DNA from: Polyangiales bacterium
GTDB taxonomy: Bacteria; Myxococcota_A; Polyangia; Polyangiales; Polyangiaceae
DNA: 64,000 bases
NCBI GenBank assembly: GCA_038231275.1
Contig: JBBRLQ010000019.1
Span: forward strand, 64,001-128,000
Reading direction: 5' to 3'
The notes below the pieces were generated by a model. The model saw only the letters and a program-made list of their open reading frames with translations. It was not told the DNA's origin and ran no database searches. Below are positions 8,903 through 17,953 of this stretch, piece by piece. The position numbers and the translations under genes are program-made. Each line of letters begins with the position of its first letter. The stretch's first letter is position 1.

Positions 8903-10228
8903 ATGCGCTCCGTCTCGAAGATGAGGCTCGCGGCCTTGGCGGTCGGCGCTGCCCTCGTGGGGGCCGCCGCGACGGTCGCGTGCGCCCGTGGTGGCAGAGC
9001 CGGCTTCGGGACGCCCGACGAGGTGCCCTACTTCGTCGGCGAGGCGTGCGAGGGCGGGACGTGCGCGTCGTCGGCGTGCGTCACGACGATCTCCGGCTCT
9101 GCGCTCGCACCGAACGGAAGGGATCCGCTCTACGCCGCGGTCGTCTACGTCCCGATGGCCCCGCTCTCGCCTTTCTCGGAAGGGGCGACGTGCGCGAGGT
9201 GCGATGTGGTGTCCGGCGCGCCGCTCGTCTCCGCCGTCACCGGCCCCGACGGGCGATTCCGGCTCGAGGTGCCCCCGACGAGGCCGCTCGATCTCGTCGT
9301 GCAGGTCGGCAAGTGGCGAAGGCGGATCACTCTCGACGCCCTCGTGCCGTGCGCCGACAACCCTGTCCCCGCCGAGCGCTCGCGCCTCCCGAGGACGCAT
9401 GCAGAAGGGGACATTCCGCTCCACGCCGTCACCACCGGCAACTGCGATCGGCTCGAGTGCGTGCTCCGCAAGATCGGCGTCGCCGACTCCGAGTTCACGC
9501 TTCCGGCGGCCGGCGGTCGCGTCCACCTCTATCGAGAGAATGGCGCGTCCATCCCGGGGATCCCGCCCGCCGACGAGCTCACGGGGAGCCCTTCGAGCCT
9601 GGCGCGCTACGACGTCGTCCTCTTCGACTGCGCCGGGGAGCAAGTGGAGAAGCCGACCGCGCACAAACAAAACGTCGTCGACTTCACGACGCACGGGGGC
9701 CGCCTCTTCGTGAGCCACTTCAGCTACGTCTGGCTCTATGCGATCGCGCCGTTCGCGGCGACGGCGAGCTGGAACACCGGCGCGGCGATCCCTTCGTTCG
9801 ATCGCGTCCCCGCGAAGCTCGACACGTCGCACCCGCGCGGCGCCGCCTTCGCGCGGTGGATGGCGCGCGTCGGCGCGCTCGCGTCGGAGGGGGACCGGAT
9901 GATCGACGTCCTGGACCCGCGCTTCGACGCCCTCGCGATTTTTCCCCCCGCCGCGCGGTGGATCTACACGGACTCACCGCCCTCGGTGCAAGAGTTCACC
10001 TTCGACACGCCGATCGGCGCGAACCCGAGCGAGCAGTGCGGCCGCGTTACGTTCGGAGATTTCCACGTGACCGGTGCGGCGTGCACGCCCGATGGATTCG
10101 CGTTCCCGACGGAGTGCGAGTCGCCGTCCAGTGCGATGACGCCGCAAGAGCGGGTCATGGAGTTCATGCTCTTCGATCTCGCCTCGTGTCCGCAGTCGTT
10201 CGGCCCGCCGCCGGTGCTCGTCCGCTGA
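8903..10228 (+). CDS. Myxobacterial lipoprotein with carboxypeptidase-regulatory-like (prealbumin-fold) domain
   Basis: GGAGG SD; lipobox TVA-C; TGPDGRFRL, LVVQVGKWRR, C-terminal LEFMLFDL-like motif typical of this myxobacterial family. Confidence 0.75.
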   Translation: MRSVSKMRLAALAVGAALVGAAATVACARGGRAGFGTPDEVPYFVGEACEGGTCASSACVTTISGSALAPNGRDPLYAAVVYVPMAPLSPFSEGATCARCDVVSGAPLVSAVTGPDGRFRLEVPPTRPLDLVVQVGKWRRRITLDALVPCADNPVPAERSRLPRTHAEGDIPLHAVTTGNCDRLECVLRKIGVADSEFTLPAAGGRVHLYRENGASIPGIPPADELTGSPSSLARYDVVLFDCAGEQVEKPTAHKQNVVDFTTHGGRLFVSHFSYVWLYAIAPFAATASWNTGAAIPSFDRVPAKLDTSHPRGAAFARWMARVGALASEGDRMIDVLDPRFDALAIFPPAARWIYTDSPPSVQEFTFDTPIGANPSEQCGRVTFGDFHVTGAACTPDGFAFPTECESPSSAMTPQERVMEFMLFDLASCPQSFGPPPVLVR

Positions 10229-10236
10229 CGTCGCGG

Positions 10237-11247
10237 TTAGGGTGCGGTGCGATCACCGGCGGCGTGCTTCGCCGCGAAGTCGCCGAGCGTGACGCCTTTG
10301 CAACCGCGCGCGTGGAGGAACGCGAACGTCGACTCGAGCATGCCGAAGAGCGTCTCGATGCTGCCCGCTGTCGGGAACGACTCGCTGCCACCAGGCATAA
10401 GCTCGCTCGAGTGGAACATCATCTCGAGGCACGGCAGCTTCATCTCGCGCGCGACCTCGTAGACCTTGCGGAAGCGGCGCGCGTTCATCGTCGGGTAGGG
10501 ACGAAACCACGTCGGCTCGAGCTTGAACGCGCGGTTCAGGAGGCTCGCCCCGGGGAGCCGACGCATGCGCGCGAACGACTCGCGTGCCCGCGCGCTCTCC
10601 CGCATCACGCGCTGCGTGTGCACGATGGTGACCGGCACCTCGTAGAGGCCGCTGGTGCCGGAGGCGCAGATGTCGTCGGCGCTGAGCTCGTACGGCGTCA
10701 CCGGCGCGCCACGAAAATCCGGCCCACCCGACGCGACGCCTTTGAAGCCGCGCCGATCGACGTGCGGCGTCACCGAGCAGTCGACGGTGTAGCCGAGCTC
10801 ACGCAAGACCGGGATGTGCTCCTTGCAGAATCCCCATCGCCCGGCGCGGTAGCTCCGCGGCGCGTGCCCTGTCTTGGCGCGGATGAGATCGGTGAGCACC
10901 TCCATCTTCGCGCGGAAGCTCGCGATCGGCAGCTCGCTCGGGTAGCCCGGGTACTCGGAGCGATCGAAGTCCACGACCGCGTCGCCCCCACGGAACGGCG
11001 GGTTCGTCCAAGGATGGAGGTGCGCGCCGATCTCGCACGCGCCCTTCTTCGCCCAGTACGCGAGCGTCTCGTCGAACCGCCGCGAGACGAGCACCTCGTA
11101 GGTGCACAGGTAGACTGGCACGAGCCTGTACTCCTCGCACAACCGCTGGAAGCGCGGGACGTAGTCGAGGTTGTCGACGCGCACCTTGCCGTCGGCCTCC
11201 CACTGCCCGTCGGCCTCGGTGTCGACGGTGACGATGACGTCCATCAT
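10237..11247 (-). CDS. Polysaccharide deacetylase family protein (WalW-like)
   Basis: VIVTVDTEAD, EIGAHLHPW, SYRAGRWG, MMFHSSELMPG motifs; overlaps upstream stop. Confidence 0.85.
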   Translation of the reverse strand: MMDVIVTVDTEADGQWEADGKVRVDNLDYVPRFQRLCEEYRLVPVYLCTYEVLVSRRFDETLAYWAKKGACEIGAHLHPWTNPPFRGGDAVVDFDRSEYPGYPSELPIASFRAKMEVLTDLIRAKTGHAPRSYRAGRWGFCKEHIPVLRELGYTVDCSVTPHVDRRGFKGVASGGPDFRGAPVTPYELSADDICASGTSGLYEVPVTIVHTQRVMRESARARESFARMRRLPGASLLNRAFKLEPTWFRPYPTMNARRFRKVYEVAREMKLPCLEMMFHSSELMPGGSESFPTAGSIETLFGMLESTFAFLHARGCKGVTLGDFAAKHAAGDRTAP

Positions 11248-12122
11248 GCGCCGTACCTCTCCCACAGCTTCGGCAGCTTTGCGTAGAGCTCCTTGTCGGT
11301 CTCGCGCGTAGGCGCCTTGTTCTTCGTCGCCTGCGACTCGTCCTGCGCCGTTCCCTTGGTGCCGGTTTGCTCGATGAGGCGAACCGCCTCGACGATCGCC
11401 TCGCGGCCGAGCACCTCGCTCTTGAAGCGGAGAGACGTCGGCGTGTCGCCTTTCTCGAACACCAACTTTTTCTGAACCAAAATGTCCCCGCTGTCGAGGC
11501 CAGGGTCGACGTAGTGCACGGTGACGCCGAGGTGCTCGAAGTCCTCGTAGTAGAGGCACCAGTACTCACCGGAGAGGCCGCGGTGCTTGGGGAGAATGGC
11601 GGAGTGCTTGTTGAGCACACCGTGCTTGGGCACGCCGAGGATGTTCGGCTTCACGATACGGCCGCCCACGATGACGCCGAGGTCCGGAGCGAGGGACCGC
11701 AGCGCGGCCTCGGACTCGGCGTCGTTGACGTTCTGCACCTTCACGATCGGAAGCTTGTAGAATGCAGCGATCTCCTCGAGCGGCGCGAATTCACGGAGAT
11801 CGGGGCGTTTTCCGAGGAAGGCGTGGCCGACCAGCATCGCGTCGAGGCTCGCGAGGTGCTTCTCCTCGGCGCGCGCGGCCCGGGCGAACGGATCCTCTTC
11901 GGGTTGCCGAAGGAGCTTCTTCGCGAGGGCCCGCCCCGCGCCGCGGACGCCGCCGCGCGTATAGTGGTAGGCCAGCTTCTCGAGCGTGGATTTGGCGGGG
12001 GGCGGCTTCTTCGTGCTGCCCCACTTGCCCACGTCCACGACGATGCCGCACACGTCGAGGTGCTTGACGAGGTAATGCGTGACGAAGCTCCCTCCGGGCA
12101 TCGTGAGGATCGCGACCTTCAT
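11244..12122 (-). CDS. Formyltransferase family protein
   Basis: LNKHSAILPKHRG, GVTVHYVDPGLDSGDIL formyltransferase signature. Confidence 0.88.
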   Translation of the reverse strand: MKVAILTMPGGSFVTHYLVKHLDVCGIVVDVGKWGSTKKPPPAKSTLEKLAYHYTRGGVRGAGRALAKKLLRQPEEDPFARAARAEEKHLASLDAMLVGHAFLGKRPDLREFAPLEEIAAFYKLPIVKVQNVNDAESEAALRSLAPDLGVIVGGRIVKPNILGVPKHGVLNKHSAILPKHRGLSGEYWCLYYEDFEHLGVTVHYVDPGLDSGDILVQKKLVFEKGDTPTSLRFKSEVLGREAIVEAVRLIEQTGTKGTAQDESQATKNKAPTRETDKELYAKLPKLWERYGA

Positions 12123-12145
12123 CGAATGCGATAGTACGGGATCGC

Positions 12146-13150
12146 ATGACCGAACGCAGGGTCGTCTCCGTCGACGCGTACCGAGGCGTCGTGATGCTGC
12201 TCCTCGTGAGCGGGGGAGGCCTCGCGTTGACGCGCTTCCGTGGGACGGGGCTCGAGTGGATCGCCCATCAGCTCGAGCACTCCGAGTGGGAGGGCTGCAC
12301 GCTCTGGGATCTGGTGCAGCCGGCGTTCATGTTCACGGTCGGCGTCGCGATGCCGCTGGCGCGGACGCGTGGGTGGCGGGAGGCGGCGGGCCGGGCGTGG
12401 CGGCTTCTCGCGCTCGGCGTCCTGCTCGACGTGTGGCAGACGCAGCGACTCGCGATCGGTCTCGTGAGCGTCCTCCAGCAAATCGCGCTCGCGTACTTCG
12501 TCGCGTTCGCCGTGCTGCGCCGTCCGCCGCGGGCGCAGCTGATCGCCGCCGCGGGCCTCTTGGCGGCGCACACGGCGCTCTTCATCCTCTACGGCAAATT
12601 CGGGGGAAGCGCCGCGTGGGAGATGGACGACAACGTCGGTCGCGCGCTGGATCGCCTCCTTCATCTTCCGGTCGACGCGGACGGGTACGTCACCGTCGCG
12701 TTCGTCTCGAGCGCCGCGACGGTGATCGCGGGCGTACTCGCGGGGGAGCTCGTCGCATCGGCGCGTCCGCCGCGCGCGATCGTTCTGCGCCTCGCCGTGT
12801 GGGGCGCCGTCGGGATCGCCGCGGGTCTGTCGCTCGCGCACGCGGTGCCAATGGTGAAGCACATTTGGACCGCGTCGTTTGGCCTCTACGCGACGGGGTG
12901 GTCGTGCGTCGGCCTCGCCGCGGCGTACGGCGTCGTCGAGGTGCTGGGCGCGCGGCGTCTCGCGCTGCCGTTCGTGGTCGTCGGGATGAACTCCCTCCTC
13001 ATCTATGTGCTCTCGGGCGTCCTCAACGGCCCGCTGCGCGCGCTCCTTCGGCCGGTGGTCGGCGCGGCCCTCGCGGCGCTCCTCCTCCTCGCCGGCAAGT
13101 GGCTCCTCGCGGCGTGGCTCTATCGGAAGCGCTTATTTTTTAGGGTTTAG
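12146..13150 (+). CDS. Membrane acyltransferase, heparan-alpha-glucosaminide N-acetyltransferase/NagX (DUF5009)-like
   Basis: RVVSVDAYRG, HSEWEGCTLWDLVQPAFMF, VKHIWTASF, GMNSLLIY; multiple TM segments. Confidence 0.85.
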   Translation: MTERRVVSVDAYRGVVMLLLVSGGGLALTRFRGTGLEWIAHQLEHSEWEGCTLWDLVQPAFMFTVGVAMPLARTRGWREAAGRAWRLLALGVLLDVWQTQRLAIGLVSVLQQIALAYFVAFAVLRRPPRAQLIAAAGLLAAHTALFILYGKFGGSAAWEMDDNVGRALDRLLHLPVDADGYVTVAFVSSAATVIAGVLAGELVASARPPRAIVLRLAVWGAVGIAAGLSLAHAVPMVKHIWTASFGLYATGWSCVGLAAAYGVVEVLGARRLALPFVVVGMNSLLIYVLSGVLNGPLRALLRPVVGAALAALLLLAGKWLLAAWLYRKRLFFRV

Positions 13151-14384
13151 CGTCGGCCGCGGTCTCGGCGTCGGCTTGCGGCGCGGAGGACGCGGCGGCG
13201 CTGGAGTCGGTCGCGAGGCTCGGCGAGATCGCGGCGGCGTCGAGATCGCGGGAGATGCCGGCGTCGTGGCGCGTCGTGGGCCGCGGCGGCGGTGTCGCTT
13301 CGTGCCGCGGCGCCGCGCGCGGTGCGATCGCGCTCGCGAACGACGAGCTCACCTGCTTGAGCGACGCGCCGTCCCCGTCGTCGGGGTTCCGCCGCCCGAG
13401 GATCAGGAGGCCGATGATCACGAGCGCCGCCGCGCCCGCCGCGATGTTCTGCGCGCGCTGCGCCGACTTCGGTACGAGCGAGATCGACGAGCGCGTGACG
13501 CTCTGCGGCCCCTCGACCGGCGGCGGGAGGGACGGACGACGCTCGAGCGCACGAAAGAGCGCCTCGCCGAGCTCGCTGCACGACGCGAAGCGCTTCTTCG
13601 GATCTTTGCTGAGCGCCCGCGTCATGACCGCGTTGACGGCCCGCGCGTCGTACGCCGTGGTCGGCTCGATCGGCGCCGGCTCCTCGTTCGCGATGCGCGC
13701 GGCGACGTGCAACGTATCGGTGCCCGGGAACGCACGAACGCCCGTGAGCGCCTCGTAGAGCGTCGACGCGAGCGAGAACTGATCGGACTCGGGCCCGAAC
13801 TGGCCCGCCTGTAGCGACTCGGGCGCGCTGTAGGCCGGCGTCCCGAGCACCACGCCGACGCGCGTGAGCGTCGAGTCCGGAAGGCGCGCGATGCCGAAGT
13901 CTGCGAGCTTTGCGCCCGTCGTCGGCAAGAGCACGTTCTCCGGCTTCACGTCGCGGTGGATGACGCCGGCCGCGTGCGCGGTGGCGAGCGCATCCCCGAG
14001 CTCCCGCGCGAGCCGCCCGACCTCCTTCGGCTCGAGCGCCCCGTCCCGCAGCCGATCGCGGAGCGTCGGACCATCGACGTACTCGAACACCAGATAGAGG
14101 CCCGCCGACGGCTCCTCGCCCATGTCGTGGAGCGTGACCATGTTGGGGTGGGTGAGCGCCGCCGCCGCGCGCGCCTCGTGCCGCATGCGATCGAACAGCT
14201 CGAGCCGCGCCTCGGGCGGAAGGCCAAGATCCTCTCGCACGAGCTTGAGCGCGACGAGCCGCCCGAGCACCGTGTCGCGGGCGAGGAGGACGCGCCCCAT
14301 TCCGCCTTGGCCGAGCGGGTGCACCACTTCGTAGCGTCCGATGCGCTTAACGACGGCCGGTGTGGTCGTGTCGAGGTCGCTCAT
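13140..14384 (-). CDS. Ser/Thr protein kinase with TM segment
   Basis: [34 protein letters not shown] overlap with oppF stop. Confidence 0.92.
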   Translation of the reverse strand: MSDLDTTTPAVVKRIGRYEVVHPLGQGGMGRVLLARDTVLGRLVALKLVREDLGLPPEARLELFDRMRHEARAAAALTHPNMVTLHDMGEEPSAGLYLVFEYVDGPTLRDRLRDGALEPKEVGRLARELGDALATAHAAGVIHRDVKPENVLLPTTGAKLADFGIARLPDSTLTRVGVVLGTPAYSAPESLQAGQFGPESDQFSLASTLYEALTGVRAFPGTDTLHVAARIANEEPAPIEPTTAYDARAVNAVMTRALSKDPKKRFASCSELGEALFRALERRPSLPPPVEGPQSVTRSSISLVPKSAQRAQNIAAGAAALVIIGLLILGRRNPDDGDGASLKQVSSSFASAIAPRAAPRHEATPPPRPTTRHDAGISRDLDAAAISPSLATDSSAAASSAPQADAETAADAKP

Positions 14385-15457
14385 CCGCCCTCCGCGTCGT
14401 GCGGGTTCCAACACGAAACCCGATGCCCGGAGCCCGACGTGGTCTCGACGAGCGCCGGCACCTCCTTGTCGCACGTCCCTTTGACCGCGCGCGGGCAGCG
14501 CGGGTGGAAGGCGCAGCCGCTCGGCGGATCGATCGGCGACGGCGCGTCTCCTTCGAGCAAGACGCGCAGCTTACGGCGCTCCGGATCGAGCGACGGAGCC
14601 GCCGACATCAGCGCACGCGTGTACGGATGGCGCGCCTCGCGGTAGAGGACATCGGACGGCGCCTGCTCCACGATCTTGCCGAGGTACATCACCGCGACGC
14701 GGTGGCTCACGTGCTCGACGATCTTCAAATCGTGCGAGATGAAGAGGTACGCGACGCCGAGATCGTCTTGCAGATCCATGAGCAGGTTCACGATCTGCGC
14801 CTGGATCGAGACGTCGAGCGCGCTGATCGGCTCGTCGCACACGATGAACGACGGCTCCACCGCGAGCGCGCGCGCGATGCCGATGCGCTGGCGCTGCCCG
14901 CCGGAGAACTCGTGCGGATAGCGATCCATCGCCTCCGGGCGCATCCCGACCTTCTGCAAGAGCAGCGCGATGCGCGCCTCTTCGTCGGCCTTGGTCGCGG
15001 CGAGCTTGTGGATGCGGATCGCCTCACCGACGATCTCACGCACGGTCATGCGCGGGTTCAAGCTCGAGTAGGGATCCTGGAAGATGATCTGCATCTTGCG
15101 CCGCAGCGGGCGCATCTCGGCGTGCGAGAGCGGGAGGATGTCGCGGCCGTCGAAGATGACGCGCCCGCTCGTCGGCTCGACGAGGCGCAGCATGATGCGA
15201 CCGAGGGTGCTCTTGCCGCAGCCGCTCTCGCCGACGAGGCCCAGCGTCTCCCCGCGCCGCACGCGCACCGACACGTCGTCGACGGCGTGAACGAGCTGCT
15301 GCGAGCGGCCGAACAGGCCGGATTTCACCGGGTAGAACTTCGACACCTTGTCCGTCGCGAGCAGCGTGCGCGGACGCGGCGCCTCCGGCTCACCGTCGGC
15401 CGAGGGCGGCGGCGGGCGGGTGGACATCGGCACGCGCTTCTCGCTCGCCTCGCTCAC
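14381..15457 (-). CDS. oppF: Oligopeptide/dipeptide ABC transporter ATP-binding subunit
   Basis: [33 protein letters not shown]-terminal GCAFHPRC. Confidence 0.92.
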   Translation of the reverse strand: MSEASEKRVPMSTRPPPPSADGEPEAPRPRTLLATDKVSKFYPVKSGLFGRSQQLVHAVDDVSVRVRRGETLGLVGESGCGKSTLGRIMLRLVEPTSGRVIFDGRDILPLSHAEMRPLRRKMQIIFQDPYSSLNPRMTVREIVGEAIRIHKLAATKADEEARIALLLQKVGMRPEAMDRYPHEFSGGQRQRIGIARALAVEPSFIVCDEPISALDVSIQAQIVNLLMDLQDDLGVAYLFISHDLKIVEHVSHRVAVMYLGKIVEQAPSDVLYREARHPYTRALMSAAPSLDPERRKLRVLLEGDAPSPIDPPSGCAFHPRCPRAVKGTCDKEVPALVETTSGSGHRVSCWNPHDAEGG

Positions 15458-16470
15458 GGCGACACCTCGCTCGCGCGGAAGCACCGCGAGAGGCGTCGCC
15501 CGTCACCGACGGTGCCCACGGTGACGAGCTCCGGCTCTGCCTCACGGCACTGCGCGATCACCATCTTGCACCGATCGGCGAACCGGCACCCACGCCCGAG
15601 CGTCCGGAGATCCGGCACCATGCCCTCGATCGTCGGCAGCCGCCGCCGCTTCTGCCCTTCGCCGCCCACCACGTCGACGCCGGCGCGCGGCGCCTTCGGC
15701 AAGCTCGCGAGGAGATCGCGCGTGTAGGGGTGGCGCGGCGACTCGAACATCTCCGTCGCCTTGGCGCTCTCGACGACCTGTCCCGCGTACATGACTACGA
15801 CGTGCTCGCAGAACTCCGCGACGACGCCGAGGTCGTGCGTGATGAGGAGCACGCTCATCTTCATCTCGCGCTGCAGCTTCCGCAAGAGCTCGAGAATTTG
15901 AGCCTGGATCGTGACGTCGAGCGCGGTCGTCGGCTCGTCGGCGATGAGGAGCTTGGGCTGGCACGCGAGCGCCATCGCGATCATCACGCGCTGGCGCATG
16001 CCCCCCGAGAGCTGGTGGGGATAGGCCCGCGCGTTCACGTCCGGCGCGGGGATGCCGACCAGGCGCAGCATCTCGACGGTGCGCTCCCACGCCTGGCCGC
16101 GCGATTTGTCTTGGTGGAGCCGGATGGCTTCGACGATCTGCGAGCCCACCGTGTAGACGGGGTTCAAGCTCGTCATCGGCTCCTGGAAGATCATCGAGAT
16201 GTCGTTGCCGCGAATGCGCCGCATCTCGCGCTCGGGGAGGGCCAGCAGGTTCTTGTCGCCGAGGAGGATCTCGCCGCCCTCGATCTCCGCGGGAGGGATG
16301 GGCAGGAGGCGCAGGATCGAGAGCGCCGTCACGCTCTTTCCGCAGCCGCTCTCACCGACCAGACCCACGTTGGTCGCCTCCGGCACGTCGAACGACACGC
16401 CGGCGACCGCGCGGAGCCTGCCGCTGTCGGTCCCGAAGCTCGTGACGAGGTCCCTGACGGAGAGGAGCAC
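15454..16470 (-). CDS. oppD: Oligopeptide/dipeptide ABC transporter ATP-binding subunit
   Basis: [43 protein letters not shown]. Confidence 0.92.
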   Translation of the reverse strand: MLLSVRDLVTSFGTDSGRLRAVAGVSFDVPEATNVGLVGESGCGKSVTALSILRLLPIPPAEIEGGEILLGDKNLLALPEREMRRIRGNDISMIFQEPMTSLNPVYTVGSQIVEAIRLHQDKSRGQAWERTVEMLRLVGIPAPDVNARAYPHQLSGGMRQRVMIAMALACQPKLLIADEPTTALDVTIQAQILELLRKLQREMKMSVLLITHDLGVVAEFCEHVVVMYAGQVVESAKATEMFESPRHPYTRDLLASLPKAPRAGVDVVGGEGQKRRRLPTIEGMVPDLRTLGRGCRFADRCKMVIAQCREAEPELVTVGTVGDGRRLSRCFRASEVSP

Positions 16471-16554
16471 CGACGCGACGGTACCAGAAAGACCACAGAA
16501 ATGGCCGCTCGGGTGGGGCAGGCCCCGACTTCCGCTCTGCTATAAGGACAGCGC

Positions 16555-17361
16555 ATGCGTCGCGTCGTCACAGCTCTATCGGCGGTCGTGATCGCGCTGG
16601 CGAGCGTCGCGCTCGGTGTCGCGTGCGCGTCGCGGCCACGGATGTGCGTCGCGACTGCGGAGTGTGGCGCCGGCGCGTGCGTGGCCGGACGATGCCAGGC
16701 GCTCGACGCGGGCGTACCGACGATCGCCGAGCAGGGGGACGCGGGTCTCCTCGTGCGAAGGCTGGTCGTCGCGCCGACGGACGTCGCGTGGCTTCGTCGC
16801 GGCGACGGTCCGCGCGCGGCGGGCGCGATGCCGGCAATCTTCCCGATGGGACGCGCGCAGGACGGGGAGTCCGTCTTGCTCACGCGCTTCGCGGTGCCCA
16901 TCACCAGGGAGACGCAGATCGTCGAGGCGTACCTCCTCCTCGCGCGGAGCGACGCGATGGATGCCGACCCTTCGCCCATCTCGCTGCACGCAACGCGCAT
17001 CGTCGACGCGTGGGACAGCCGCTCGGTGTCATGGTCGACGCAGCCGCGCACCGAAGAGCTACTGGCCGCCGCCACGCGCGTCGACGGGTCGTCGCGGACG
17101 CTCATCCGTCTCGACGTCCGGTCGCTCGTCGCGCGCTGGGCGCTGCATGATCGTCGCGATCAGGGGATCGCCGTGGTGGCCGAGGGAACCAGCGTGACGG
17201 GCGTGCCGTTCGCGTTCCAGCCTACCGGTGGTGCGCGATTGGCCGCGGCGCAAGCGCCTGCAATTACAGGATTTCAAGAGCGACCCGAGCGCGCTGCGCC
17301 CGTGTCGGATGGACCCACGGCCGAGTTATTGTCGCCGCGCCTCGAGCTCTATTTGAAGTGA
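16555..17361 (+). CDS. Lipoprotein with small Cys module and DNRLRE/CBM96-like beta domain
   Basis: Lipobox GVA-C; LLTRF..IVEAYLLL, WDSRSVSWSTQP, C-terminal PRLELY. Confidence 0.65.
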   Translation: MRRVVTALSAVVIALASVALGVACASRPRMCVATAECGAGACVAGRCQALDAGVPTIAEQGDAGLLVRRLVVAPTDVAWLRRGDGPRAAGAMPAIFPMGRAQDGESVLLTRFAVPITRETQIVEAYLLLARSDAMDADPSPISLHATRIVDAWDSRSVSWSTQPRTEELLAAATRVDGSSRTLIRLDVRSLVARWALHDRRDQGIAVVAEGTSVTGVPFAFQPTGGARLAAAQAPAITGFQERPERAAPVSDGPTAELLSPRLELYLK

Positions 17362-17474
17362 GGTTTTTGTGAAGCGCGCGCCCTCTCGAACGTCCAACGT
17401 GAGCTGACGGCTTTTCTTCTCGGCCTGATTTGGGTCAGAATCACCTCCCGCCGCCCGACAAAAGGTGCAAGAGA

Positions 17475-17927
17475 ATGCCGCACAAGATGAACCGTCTCGC
17501 CAGTGCCGTGGTCCTCGCTGCCTTCGTCCTCGCCCCCGCCCTCGTCGGCGCGAAAGAGATCAAGGGGAACAACTTCGTCCTCCAGGCGACCACCGGCGCT
17601 TGCAAGAAGGGTGAGGAGTGCACGCTGACGCTCCGCCTCGAGGCGCAGGGCGCGTACCACATCAACGACTCGTACCCGTACAAGTTCACGCCGGGAAAGA
17701 AGGACGACAAGTCCCTCAGCGAGAACGTCGAGTACGTGAAGGAGAACTTCTCGAAGTCGGGCGGCGACTTCAAGAAGGACGCCGAGAAGGTCGCCACGAT
17801 GACGGTGAAGTTCAAGCCGACCGCGACCAAGGCGAAGATCGTCGGCACCTACAAGATGAGCGTCTGCTCCGAGCAGAACTGCCAGCTCGAACAGCAGGAA
17901 ATCCAGCTCGAGGTCGAGGCGAAGTAG
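17475..17927 (+). CDS. Secreted protein resembling DsbD N-terminal (Ig-like) domain
   Basis: Signal peptide; YHIN..YP and C-terminal VCSEQNC; start could be 17487. Confidence 0.6.
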   Translation: MPHKMNRLASAVVLAAFVLAPALVGAKEIKGNNFVLQATTGACKKGEECTLTLRLEAQGAYHINDSYPYKFTPGKKDDKSLSENVEYVKENFSKSGGDFKKDAEKVATMTVKFKPTATKAKIVGTYKMSVCSEQNCQLEQQEIQLEVEAK

Positions 17928-17953
17928 CCGCACGATTCTGGTACGCTTGCTCC

